Shown here: one piece after another, positions 1-11,766 of the stretch | How the letters are laid out: each line of letters starts with the position of its first letter | Numbering within the stretch: position 1 is the stretch's first letter | NCBI GenBank assembly: GCA_964016885.1 | Contig: OZ024742.1 | Coordinates: forward strand, 198,896,001 to 198,960,000 | Length of the DNA: 64,000 nucleotides | Reading direction: 5' to 3' | Origin: Eledone cirrhosa | Lineage: Eukaryota | Translations under genes and position numbers: made by a program | The notes under the pieces: model-generated | The model's database searches: none | The model's input: only the letters and a program-made list of their open reading frames with translations | What the model was told of the DNA's origin: nothing

Positions 1-360
1 AACAAAAATTTGTGCTCACTGGACTCGGGAAATGTCCTGACACAAGCTGTGGAAGCTACACAAATATTCCATATATATATATTTTCCCCAGAGCAATCTT
101 TATTTACATTTTACATTTTACGTTTACTTGACTCCCAATGCAAATGGCAATAAATTCAAAATTTTGAAAAGAGAGGAAAACGGACAAATGAACTATGAAC
201 TAGATACATCTCACTGCACCCCTGCCACCACAATAACGTCTACACTCGCTCCCTACCACCACCACCACATTTACACAAGTCATTACCCTATCTAGACTAA
301 GGTGACTGACCTGTTGCCAAACTCTCTACTCTGTGTTGAATGTGTGTGTATATAAATATA

Positions 361-1789
361 CTAGCAGTTTAACTCGGCGTTGCTCGGGTTTGTTCATTTG
401 CTATGAAAAGTTACATACAGGTAAACGTGGCTTGAAAGCGAATAAGCTTATCAATTAAGTGCATAAAGCAGTTGAACTGGTTATTAAAAGTTACGAACCA
501 ATTAGCATTTTGGTCAATCAATGATGGGTTAATAATCTTCCAATAGCGAATTTAGCAGACCAAAGTTGCAAGATGGTGCCCCTGATGGCACTGGGTGTCA
601 GATCTGTCTGCCATGGGTGACCCTACCAGGAAATAGTTTTCCAGACGGCATAGCTCCAACACCTGCACCAACATCTATAGCACATCTTTGTAGACGATAT
701 TGCGTGTCATCCCTTGAGGAGTGTAAGCAAAAAGTCCATTCCTGCTCCCTACGCAGGAACAGGCAACATAAAGTTGGCCATGGGAGAAGCATGGCTCCCC
801 CAAATGGATGCCCGCCACCGACAATGTTTGCCCTTGTGACTTGTTAATGGACACGGCAAAACATGGTCTCACCGGGAATTGGGATCGCCGGAAATCAAAC
901 GGGATATCTGACGCCGAGGGGAAAAGGTTCATCCTTGGCAGTGTATTCGGCAGAATTGCCAGAAGTACAACACTATGGGTGTTGTCATATTAATATTTAA
1001 CCAATTAAAGTCGTAATAAATAAATAATTTAAGCATTCCGATTTATATGTCTATAGCATTAATCCGTTATTTTGCGGGTTGTTATTTGCAATAAGCCGAT
1101 TTAAAATACCCCAGAAAAGCCGTATGTCAATACGGAAATCCAATGACTCCCCCAGCAGTTAAATTATAGAGCGGGGGAATAATCTATTATAGAGAGAGGG
1201 AAGAGCGATGGAGAGAGTAATGCTAAGAAACTATAGGGAAGTGTGTAAAACTATGTTGTCATATAGAGAGTGAAGAGCGACAGAGAGAGTAAAGCAGTTA
1301 AATTATAGAGAGGGGGAATAATCTATTATAGAGATAGGGAAGAGCGACGGAGAGAGTAAAGCTAAGAAACTATAGGGAGGTGTGTTAAACCTCAAAGCAT
1401 GAAGAGAGTAAAGCAGTTAAATTATAGAGAGGAGGAATGATTTATTATAGAGAGAGGGAAGAGCGACAGAGAGAGCGTTATGATTATGTTTGTTGTTGTA
1501 TAAAATGATGTGTTGCTTAGTTTTCAAAGTTTATGTCGCGTCCTTGAACGAAGTTTTGTTGCTGTTGGGTAGTAGTGATTAAGTGTGTAAGAGAGAGGGT
1601 TACAGCATGTTTTATCGATTTTTTTCATAGAAGCAGGACATGTTTGGCAAAGTTTATTACGCGTTGACCATCATTGGTAAATTTGGAGCACATTGGAAAA
1701 AAATCATCAAAATCGGTAGAGAAATGTGGAAATGCATAAAAATCATACACACACACATGCAGACATCTTCTGTTTTATATAGATAGAGA
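361..1789 (-). mobile_element. Non-autonomous Helitron (deletion derivative) carrying a Pif1 helicase C-terminal remnant
   Basis: Minus strand starts A|TCTCTATCTATATAAAA (1789) and ends with hairpin CCCGAGCAACGCCGAG...CTGCTAG|T (361): TC...CTAG termini inserted between A and T. Internal diverged tandem repeats at about 1155-1470. Confidence 0.85.
675..932 (-). pseudogene. Helitron RepHel Pif1-family helicase C-terminal fragment
   Basis: Translation RRSQFPVRPCFAVSINKSQGQTL...CFSHGQLYVACS...TRNIVYKDVL matches the terminal SF1B/Pif1 helicase motifs of Helitrons; the upstream part is missing. Confidence 0.9.
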
Positions 1790-1809
1790 TATTTATCACT
1801 CAGTCGAAG

Positions 1810-1960
1810 CAACTACAACAACAACACCATTGTCTGCAGCAGCAGCAGCAGCAGAATGAAATAAACATCAAGAGGAACAACAACAACAACAACATCAACT
1901 GCCACCACCATCACTGCCACCATCCACCACCACCACCACCACCACCATCACCATCACCAG
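1810..1960. repeat. Mixed trinucleotide microsatellite (CAA/CAG/CAC)
   Basis: Direct reading of the sequence. Confidence 0.9.
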
Positions 1961-1997
1961 CTATCAGGCCTTAAGAAAACAACAACTATAATAATAG

Positions 1998-2145
1998 TAA
2001 TTATTCTGTTCTTGGCACGGGGCAGCGATTGTCCCAACGCATTGCTGGTGCCTTGTTTTGTCAGCTCCGTGGGGATAAAGGAAAGGGTTGACCTCGGCGG
2101 GATTTGGGCCAGGAGCATGGAGGGCCGTAGCTGTATGCTGTAAAA
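1998..2145 (-). mobile_element. tRNA-derived SINE fragment with heavy A-to-G divergence on the + strand
   Basis: Aligns by eye to SINE copies at 14160-14350 and 16393-16583 (core ACCTCGGCGGGATTTG), with many A>G substitutions. Confidence 0.8.
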
Positions 2146-2380
2146 CAATTATTATAATAATACTGAACAGTAACACACGGCTTCAATTATACAAACTCCT
2201 TATACAAACTCTTTCGAAAGTCAACAGTTGAACCCCCTGTCCCCCCCCCCCTTGGGTTTTTTTTTTGTACATTCATCCATTCACTCATTCATTTGCTAAC
2301 ATTCTACCTTCTTGTGTGTCTCCCTCCATGCACCCCCTTCTTTTCTCTCTTGTCTTCTGACGCCTCTATATCTGATGTAG

Positions 2381-5300
2381 GTGAGCTATGAGGACCTCTT
2401 ACCTTCCACCCTCACATGCCTGCCACTCGCCCCCGATGACACTCGGTGCCCCAGTCCTCAGCCTCACGCCCCATCCCCCATCCCCCAAGCCGACACCTGC
2501 AGCACTTGCAGCACCACTAACAGACGGACGAGGGGACGGAACTGTTCGGGGTGCGGCTGCTTCCACCACCTCACCTGTATTGGCTTGACACGTCACCCTT
2601 CCAGTGCCCTCGCAGCACGGAGATCCAGGAACTGCTTCTTCCCCTCTTCTGCCCAGCCATGGCCACCTGGCACACCACCAGATGAGACAGCGAGCTTGTC
2701 TGACGCTCAAGCCTCGCTGGTCAACATCGCTCGGCTCAGGCGGCTCTGGAAGATCCCACTCACTCAGGATCCTGAGAGCGGCCCAGGTGCCGGTAGCCGA
2801 TGCCCTCGCCTCCTCGATTGAGAGCGCCCTGGACTCCAATCAAGTCATCGACTGGGAGCGACTCTTTTATTTCGCCCCACTCGCTCTCGGCCTCCCCAAC
2901 TCTGGCGCTGACCGGGGCGGCCGGTTGACAGCAGCCTTCGTCAAGGCCAATGTTTCGTCCTTTGGGCAAGCGCCCATTCCAAGCGTGCCTAGGGAGGCCA
3001 CACACCCCACCCTTGGGTACCCCCAATCCTCCACCCCTGAGGCCAGCGCCAAGCATTTACGCGACTGCGTAAATGCTAAATTAATCATGGGTGATGTCTC
3101 GGCCGCAGTCAGAGTGGTTGCCTCAGAGGACACTGTCCTCCAACCCACCGAGGAGGTCCTGGCTGCCCTGCGACTCAAGCACCCAGAGCCACCCGCTGAT
3201 CTCAGACCCATATCCCAACCCGACCCCCACTTGCTCCTTGTGGCTTCTGATGCAGACATCATGTCCGCTATCAAGTCCTTCCCAGCTAGCAGCAGCGGAG
3301 GTGCTGATGGTCTCCAACCAGGCTACCTCAAGGAGCTGCTATCCCCCCTCTCCACTGAGGCCGGACAGCGCCATCTGAGTGCATTTGTGGCGCTCACCAA
3401 TAGGCTCATCCATGGCACCCTTGACCCTCACACCCAAGGCCTCTTTTTTTCAGCTAGCCTCACCACTCTCCGGAAGAAAGAGGGTGGCATCGCTGTGGGC
3501 AATGTCTTCCGGAGGCTGGCTGCAAAGCTGGTCTGCAGGTCCATAACACCCGAACTAGGTGAGGAGTTCAGTCCGGTGCAACTGGATATCAGCGTGTCCT
3601 GTGGCTGTGAGGGATCCGCACATGCAACCAGGCAGTTCTTCAACAGCTGCCCACCGGAACCGGCACCCAGGGACTCCAGGAACCTCATCGTCAAGCTTGA
3701 CATGAGGAGTGCCTTCAACTGCTTACGCCGGGACCATCTGCTCGATGCCTGCCTCAGCCAAGCCCCCTCTGCTTACCCGCAGGCCTACCTGTCATATGCT
3801 CCTTGCTGCTAATATGGTCATACCTTCGGCCATTGGGGTTCAACAGGGCGACCCTTTGGGACCCCTCCTGCGTGCCCTTGGTATAGACAACATTGCCTGG
3901 AGTATCAGGGCCCCTCTCAATGTTTGGTATCTGGACGATGCTACGTTGGGCAGGCCCGTAGAGACTGTCTGCCATGACCTACAATCGGTGGTTCCTACCC
4001 TGGCAGGAATCGGCCTCCAGGTCATCTCCGCCAAGTCGGAGGTGGTGAATGTCAGCCACGATGCTGAGAACTCTGTAGCCTCCGTCTCGGACGTGCGGTC
4101 CATTCTCCACCAGGTACAGGTGACCCGCAAAGAGGATGTCCTCATCCTCGGGTCACCGATCCACCCGCCGGCCATCCGCCCCACCATCAGGTCCAGGCTT
4201 CAACAACTCCAGACTCTCACAAGCCGACTGGGCTTGATCGATGGTCACCCAACCCTCTTTCTGTTGAGGAACTACTTCTCCATGCCGAAGCCCCTCTATA
4301 CCCTTCGCAGTGCTCCGTGCTACACTCACACATGTCTCCGAGCTGACCTCGATACTTGTATCCTAGCAGCAGCCGAGGAGATATGCAACGTCAAGTTTGA
4401 CGACATTGGATGGTAACAGGCCACTTTACCTGTCAGGTATGGCGGCCTTTGCCTCCAGTCCCCGATCTTACTAGCTTTGCCGGCGTATCTTTCGTCGGTA
4501 ACCTCGTGCCGCGTCTTCGTCAGCAGGGATCTTCTAAACACTATAGAACCCTCTGTGTTCAGAGAACGTGAGGCCGCCTGTGAGACGTAGGACCGGCTGG
4601 GACTTAGCCCAGTAGACGTCCCTCCTCCTTCTCCCCTGTTGACGTCATGCCCCCCCCCCCCCAAGCACTTGGATGCCATCCAGTGCAGCCTGACCTCAGA
4701 CAGGCTCATGCGCCAGCTCAACCAGCACTGCCTTGCCTGTTTTCATGCGGCCTCCAAACCCCACAGTAGTGCTTGGCACCATGCCCTGCCCTCCTTTTCC
4801 ACTGGCACGCAGCTAGACATCAATAGCCTGCGCATCGGCGTTTCCTTGAGGCTCGGCTCCAGATCTGCCAGCCACACCAATGTCGCTGCGGATCCACCGT
4901 GGATTCTTTCGGCCTCCATCCGCTTTCCTGTCGCCACAGTGCCGGCCACCTTCCACGCCATGCTGCCCTCAACAAGGTCATTAAGCATGGCTTGGACGCT
5001 GCAGGCTTCCCTTCGCAGCTCGAGCCGGTGGGGCTGGACCGAGGGGACGGCAAAAGGCCAGATGGCATGACCATCCTCCTGTTCCGCGGTGGCAAACCCC
5101 TCCTCTGGGGTGCCACTTGCACCGACACTTTCTGCAGCCGCAACCTTGTGCAATCTGCAACTAACCCAGATTCTGCTGCACGCCAGGCTGAGGAGGCCAA
5201 ACTCCTCAAATACCAGTCGCTCTCCGACAGGTTTGCGGTTGTACCCCTGGCAGTGGAGACTTCTGGTGTCCTCAGCCCTAGGGCTACCTCCCTACTCACC

Positions 5301-5460
5301 ACGATAGGCGCTGAGCTGGCCAGCCACAGGTATGAGCCCCGCGAGTTGGAGTGGCTTTTCCAGCACGTCCCCCCTTGCCGTCCCCCGGGGAAATGCTTTC
5401 TCCATTCTGACTGCCGGGGCTGGGGGGGGGGGGCACACCACGTATCATTCCCTATTTAAG
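2381..5460 (+). mobile_element. CRE-clade RLE-type non-LTR retrotransposon, near full length, degenerate (PHD-like finger, RT, Zn knuckle, restriction-like endonuclease)
   Basis: Frameshifted ORFs: CSTC..CSGC..HHLTC (PHD-like); SSGGADGL, LRKKEGGIAVGNVFRRL, KLDMRSAFN, GVQQGDPLGP, WYLDD (RT); HPLSC, RHAALN, RPDG, KLLKY, PLAVETSG (RLE). Confidence 0.85.
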
Positions 5461-6258
5461 TATGGTCGACATTTTTCCCTTCTACTCCTTGTATATATTG
5501 TTATAGTCGTAAGAGAATTAATACAACTCTAACTATTTGCTGTCTGAAAAACAGCTATACTATTTACCATATTCCCAATGAAAAAGGCAACATATGCTTT
5601 TCAAATTATTTTGAAAATAATAAAAAAAACTGGGAGGGATTTAGTAATATAGCAGTGCTCCTGTCCTGTCTATGTCACAGTAAAACCCATAAAGTAAATA
5701 AACCCAGCCATGAAAAGATATGACTATTTAAGCTATATTTTGAATTAATTTTTCGCATTTTCTCTTTCTCTTTTTGAGGTTCCCCATTCGCTTATTTCAA
5801 TTTCAATGTTCAATGATTTTTAAATGCTTCTTCTTCTTCTTTTCCTTCTTCTTCTTCAACTAATTTCATGGTCCTTTCGAAACTATCTCCTTCCCCTCCC
5901 TGGTCCCAATTCATTCTATACAAGTAAAAGAAACCCACGACACTTCTTTTCTGTCTCTCTTGAAGTAAAACCCAGTCTATGGCTCTATCATTTCTGCATT
6001 CCACCCACCTGCCCCCTATCAACTATCTTCTGGTTAATTGACATTGCCCCCCCCCCCTCCCTCCACCATCTCCTCAACTGTCCTGCCCATCGGTTTCCTC
6101 ACCTACCCTGTTAGAGCAAGGATAGAAAAGACTGCACTGCCCACTATCCACCACCTTCCAGTTAGCTGTTTTAGCTGCCATTACCTGATACCCTCACCCC
6201 AATTTACTCAACCATCCCGGCCATTGCTTTCCTCGCCCTGCTACATCAGGAAAGTTGG

Positions 6259-6610
6259 AAAATACTGCATGTGGCAGACATGGATTCCACAAACTGGAGT
6301 GAAGGAACACGTCTAGAATGGCACGAACTCCAACTAAAAATGACTGCATGGGGCAGATGTGGATTCCATAAGCCATAGTAAAGTCAACCTGTCTAGGAGA
6401 GCAGTGACTCCAATTAAAAACAACTGCATGGAGCAAGTAGGGACTCCGTAAACCATAGTGAAGGCAACCCATCTATGAGGGCAGTGACTCCGATAAATAA
6501 TGACTGCATAGGGCAGACAGGGACTCCATAAGTTGTAGTAAAGGTAACCCATCTAGGAGTGTAGATACTCCATTTAAAAAAAAACTGACATAGGGGAGAG
6601 AGGACTCTTG
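6259..6610. repeat. Diverged ~80-bp tandem repeat, about 4.5 copies
   Basis: ACTGCAT-GGGCAGA...CTCC...TAGT...TCTAGG...ACTCC recurs at about 6264, 6343, 6424 and 6503. Confidence 0.8.
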
Positions 6611-6756
6611 AGTCCAATAAGACAACCTCTCTAGTGCTGGTGGCATGAATAATGCACTCAGGCCATGCTGTAAAGTGGTTGTTAATAGGAAGAGCATCCA
6701 GCCAGAAAAACTCTGCCAAAAATATGACAAGCACAAATATGATTTTCATTAATTAG

Positions 6757-6937
6757 GTATGGCAGTATCGTTAGAGGGTCGGACGCCATGCTTTGCAGTA
6801 CAGTTACGTCCCTTTACGGTCTGAGTTCAAATCCCGCCGAGGTTAACTTTGCCTTTCATCCTTACGGGGTCGATAAAATAAAGTACCAGTAATACACTGG
6901 GATAATTGCTGGCCTTGTGCCAAAAGTAGAAACAATT
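6757..6937 (+). mobile_element. tRNA-derived SINE (major family in this window)
   Basis: A-box-like TGGCAGTATCG, B-box GAGTTCAAATCCC, body GCCTTTCATCCTTACGGGGTCGATAAAATAAAGTACCAG, AT-rich tail. Confidence 0.85.
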
Positions 6938-7109
6938 AATTAGGTATACAGGGCTAACACTAATCATGATAGTACTGTGCATGGTAGAGGAGTGGCTAGA
7001 GTAGCCCTGTGTGAGAACCCCTCGACTGTAATCAAGCAATTGCACAGCCTTCTTCCCTTTCAGATACATAAAACCTCTACCCAAAGAAATAACAGCAACT
7101 GTCAAGGTA

Positions 7110-7850
7110 AAAATCTCAGGATTGTCACCCTCAATGTTGGCTCCCTGAAAGGTAAATCAGGTGAAATTGTAGAACTATTAGAGAGAAGAGAAGTAGATGT
7201 ATGTTGTATACAACAAGTGAAATAGAGGGATGGCTCTGTGAGATTAATCACAGGCAAACAACAGAATTATGAACGCTGGATAGGAAATGATGATGAGGTA
7301 GGAGGCGTAGGCATCAGCTGAAAAGTGGGTAGATAAGGTAATAGAGGTAATTAGAGAAAGTGACAGAAACATCAAGCTTAAAATATCTGTAGGAAATAGA
7401 ATGGTAACAATTACATCTACCTATGGACCACAGGCAGGATTAAGTAAAGACCAAAGGGACAGGTTCTATAAGGAACCTTTACAGACAACTTCAGGGACTG
7501 ATGAAAGAGACAATATCATCCTGGCAGATTACTTCAATGGAAATGTGGGACAGTACCAGGACGTATTCTGTGACGTTCACAGTGGTTATGGTTATGGGTA
7601 AAAAAATGAAGAGAGATTGAGGCTCTGTGACGTGAATGAATTAACCATCTACAACATAAATTTTAGGAAACCAGCCAGCCACCTGATTTCATATCAAACA
7701 GGTTAACACAGAAACCAAATTGATTACTTACTTGTAAGACAATGAGATAAAAGGACTGTAATGGGGAAGAATGCACCACCCAACACAAGTTAATTATTAG
7801 TGACATCAAAATAAACACAAGATACAACAAGATACACAGGAAAATATAGT
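7110..7850 (+). mobile_element. RTE-clade LINE fragment, APE endonuclease domain, degenerate
   Basis: LRIVTLNVGSLKGKSGEIVELLERREVDVCCIQ; TYGPQAG; ILADYFNGNVG; later frames give NQIDY. Contains stops and frameshifts. Confidence 0.85.
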
Positions 7851-8129
7851 CCTTAAAAGTGTACCTTCTCTGTATTGAGTACTTTATTCAACTATGGGTT
7901 TTTTTCTCAGTCTTCTTCAGAAAACCATCCTTAATTATATATATATCATCATTATCATTGTCCACCTTCCTATTAAGAAGAGTTGTGAATATATATATAT
8001 ATATATATATATACTTTACTGTGAGTGTCCAGCTATTCTGTATGTAAACACACAGACAAACCGGTTTTTAGAGTCATACTGGTTTTCGAGGAAACACCTT
8101 TCCTCTATTCTCCAGAAAGCCAGACAAGG

Positions 8130-8174
8130 AATATTGGACTAGTTTCGATGTTGTTACATCTCATCAGCAATATT
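8130..8174 (-). ncRNA. Minimal type I hammerhead ribozyme, copy 1
   Basis: Minus strand AATATTG-CTGATGA-GATG(TAACAA)CATC-GAAA-CTAG-TC-CAATATT: 7-bp stem I, intact CUGAUGA and GAAA core, palindromic short stem III, GUC cleavage triplet. Confidence 0.9.
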
Positions 8175-8595
8175 TACCTATCTTCCGGCCTTTCTAGAGA
8201 ATCGTAAAAGCACATATCGTTATATGCTTTTTCTATGAAAATTAGTAGTGGGCAGACTAATTTGCATAGAGCGTGAGTACGTACCGGTTCAGCGGAGACG
8301 ATAAAAACAAATAACGAAACGAAATTAAATTTCGTTTCGTTTGTAACTCACTTTTGTATGACTGACGCTTAAACAATTAAATTAAAAATGTACATCCACA
8401 TATGTATACTGAAATACTAGTATGCATATGAATACACACACGTGTACATATGTAGATGTACCGAGTTTTTCACTGGACACTTTACTGTGAGTGTCCAGCT
8501 ATTCTGTATGTAAACACACAGACAAACCGGTTTTTAGAGTCATACTGGTTTTCGAGGAAACACCTTTCCTCTATTCTCCAGAAAGCCAGACAAGG

Positions 8596-8640
8596 AATAT
8601 TGGACTAGTTTCGATGTTGTTACATCTCATCAGCAATATT
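8596..8640 (-). ncRNA. Minimal type I hammerhead ribozyme, copy 2
   Basis: Identical to 8130-8174, offset by 466 bp. Confidence 0.9.
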
Positions 8641-8833
8641 TACCTATCTTCCGGCCTTTCTAGAGAATCGTAAAAGCACATATCGTTATATGCTTTTTCT
8701 ATGAAAATTAGTAGTGGGCAGACTAATTTGCATAGAGCGTGAGTACGTACCGGTTCAGCGGAGACGATAAAAACAAATAACGAAACGAAATTAAATTTCG
8801 TTTCGTTTGTAACTCACTTTTGTATGACTGACG

Positions 8834-8859
<26 letters not shown>

Positions 8860-8875
<16 letters not shown>

Positions 8876-9072
8876 GTAAAATGGAAAAAATTCAGTAGAA
8901 AATAATGGACGGATTTTTTCATTATAATATCAAAACATTTATTTATAAAGTGGGTATTTCCGCATTTAATAGGAATACCCACTTTATAAATAAATGATTT
9001 GTTATTATACTGAAAAAATCCCTTCAGCATTTTCTTCTGAATTTTTTCCTTTTTACTATTTCTTTATATATA
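8860..9072. repeat. Long imperfect palindrome (about 100-bp arms), MITE-like or structured-RNA hairpin
   Basis: AGTAAAATGGAAAAAATTCAG...TTTATAAAGTGGGTATT pairs with AATACCCACTTTATAAA...CTGAATTTTTTCCTTTTTACT around a short loop near 8960-8972. Confidence 0.85.
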
Positions 9073-9229
9073 TCAATTTGCGTATTACTTTTCTACATTC
9101 CATATATATATATAGTGTGATGATATGATTTGTTTTATAGCATCACTTTCTTCTCTTTGATTTGATTCCTTTTTATTCTTATTCGTTGTATTTGTTCTGT
9201 TCTTGTTTGTTGTATTGTTGAATTGTTGA

Positions 9230-11766
9230 GAATGTTGGCGATCTATTTGGAAAACTTGTCTGTTCCTGTCGAAAGTAAGCTGTCAGTCCTTCTGGTTCTT
9301 TGCGGAGCCAATGATTATACTCTCATTGAAGAAACAACATAATTCGATGAGGCGTTATCCATTCTTGATAATAAATTTCAAAAGAAAGGCTCAGCAATAA
9401 TGACCCGACATAAACTACGCAACCATCGTCAACAAGAAGGGTAATCTTTGGAGGCCTATATGACTGAATTAAAAGCCCTCGCAAAGAAATGCCCCACTAA
9501 ACCCCTTACAGGGGAACAACATAGACAATTGTTGATTTCTGATGCGTTCGTGTCGGGTGTTAAATTCGCCACCATAAAACAACGACTTCTGGAATCACCT
9601 GACGAAAATCTAGATAAAATATTCCAAACCGCTCTCACATTAGAACTAGCAATAGAAGACGCACAAAATCTGTCAACAACAACAATACCACTGCTGTCGC
9701 AACCCGTATTCGCTGCTTCTTCATCAAAATGTTTCTGGTGTGGTGGTTCATATCACCAAAAATCAGAGTGCCCTGCAAAAAATTCAACTTGCAATTTCTG
9801 CCACAAGAAAGGCCACTAGGCAACAGTATGTTTTGTTAAAAATAAGAAGGTACTAAAGAAGATAAAACACACAGCAGTCTTGAATAATAACGAGGGCTCC
9901 AATGAAGCCTATGATGGCAGTAATCTTGCTGCCTGCTATAAACTTGCTTCTGTGAATCATAATACAAACCTTTTAACAATTTATGTCAATTCACATAAAA
10001 CAGAAGGTTTGCTTGACACAGGCTCAGACAAGTCTTCCATTGACATGAACCTCTTGTCGAAATGTCAAAGTAAATTCAAGAAAACTAAGAATAAGAGTGT
10101 AATTTTAGCCGACAACAGTAAACTCATAATACGAGGTACGTTTGAAACAACATTAGAATGGGAGGGAATACCACATCGATCTAATGGTGATTGACAAACT
10201 CATTGCTCCAGAAGTTATGGGTCTTGATATACTTAAAAGGCATAAGTCTTTAACAATAAAATATGCGGGGGACATGAGACCAGTCACGATATGTATGTCA
10301 ATGCAAACTCTGAATTGCGAAGAATATGATTTAATGCCTACAAAATTAAAACCATTATCTATACCTCCTCGAAAATACAATAAAGATCAGCAATTCATTA
10401 AAACGGAAATCGACAGAATACTTAAAGCTGGAATAATTCAACAGAGCAGAAGCCCATGGAGAGCGCAGTGCTTCGTAATAGATCAAGAAAACAAAAAAAC
10501 GTCTTGTCATAGACTACTCAGGCACTATAAATCGTTACACACCATTAGATTCATACCCTAATGCCATAATCGAAGACCTACTCAACAAAATTTCAAAACA
10601 CACGTATTTCTCGAAAATAGATTTAAAGGCGGCTTATCACCAAATACCCATCAAATCTTCCGACTTTAAGTTGACTGCATTCGAAGCCTGTGGCCGACTA
10701 TACAAATTTACCCGTCTTCCATTTGGATGCACAAATGCCGTTCCAATTTTCCAACGAATAATGGACACTTTCATAGACAATTACAACTTACAAAATACCT
10801 ACTCATACCTTGCCGACATTATTATAGGAGGAGACACAGTCGAAGAACATAACTATAACCTAAAGCAATTCATGAAGGCAGCTAACAATGCAGGTATGCA
10901 ATTGAATCGAGACAAATGCAGCTTTAATCAAAATAGAATACATTTCCTTGGACATGTCATAGAAAAATTAAGACCGGACCCTGAAAGGTATAAAGCCCTT
11001 ATTGACATGCCGTTCCCAAAGACGTTAAATGAGTTGAACCGGGTAATCGGTCTTTTTGCATACTATGCTAAATGGATTAAGGGCTCTTCTAACCTCTCAG
11101 TCGTTCTTACAAAGGCAAGAAACACCATTGATAAACAAGGTCTATCAAACGAAGAAAAATCTACTATTAATAAGATGAAGGAAGAACTCATAAAGGCATC
11201 ACTGTGTTCACCCGATTTCACTACACCATTTATAATCGAAACCGACGCATCAAATATTGCCATTGGCAGAACTCTATCACAAAATGGTTGTCCAATTGCT
11301 TTTCTTAGTAGAACTCTAAATAAGTCAGAAAGAGGACATTCCATCATCGAAAAGGAAGCTTGCGCAATTATAGAATGTTGTAGAAAATGGAGGCATATGA
11401 TCAGCGCTGTTCCACATTGTAATATCATAACAGACCAACGATCGGTTGCATTTGCATTCAACAAAAAACACACTTCCAAGATTAAACACGAGAAGGTAGC
11501 CCGCTGGCAACTGGAGCTAAGCGATCTTAACCTTACCTTCTCATATAGACCTGGTTCAATAAACCAAGCCGCAGATGCCCTATCGCGCTGCTTCTCTACT
11601 AAGATGGAACACGAATTATACAATATTCACTCACGTCTATGTCATCCGGAGGTCACCAGACTTCTACATTATTGTAAATCAATGAACTTGGCATATCCTA
11701 TTAATGAAATAAGAGAAGTTATCTCCAATTGCAAAATATACCGTGAATGTAAACCACAATTCTATA
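9230..11766 (+). mobile_element. Degenerate Gypsy (Mag-like) gag-pol, truncated inside the integrase
   Basis: Gag double Zn knuckle CFWCGGSYH..C / CNFCHKKGH; protease LLDTGS; RT (SPW, TAF, RLPFGCTNA, YLAD for YLDD); RNase H ETDAS; integrase HHCC start HSRLCHP..CKI.RECKPQFY. Ends at the foreign LTR at 11767. Confidence 0.9.

Larger units (their letters stand above)
8013..8837 (-). repeat. 466-bp tandem repeat (about 1.8 units), retrozyme / Penelope pseudo-LTR-like, flanked by (TA)n
   Basis: 8013-8371 is repeated at 8479-8837, apparently identical. Each unit carries a hammerhead motif on the minus strand. Confidence 0.85.

Noticed and set aside
1-300. Possible retroelement endonuclease remnant
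   Set aside because: No motif could be supported from the visible sequence.
675-932. Host PIF1 gene exon
   Set aside because: It lies inside Helitron termini and matches the RepHel C-terminus.
6757-6937. tRNA gene
   Set aside because: A/B boxes are present but there is no cloverleaf; it is a multi-copy SINE head.
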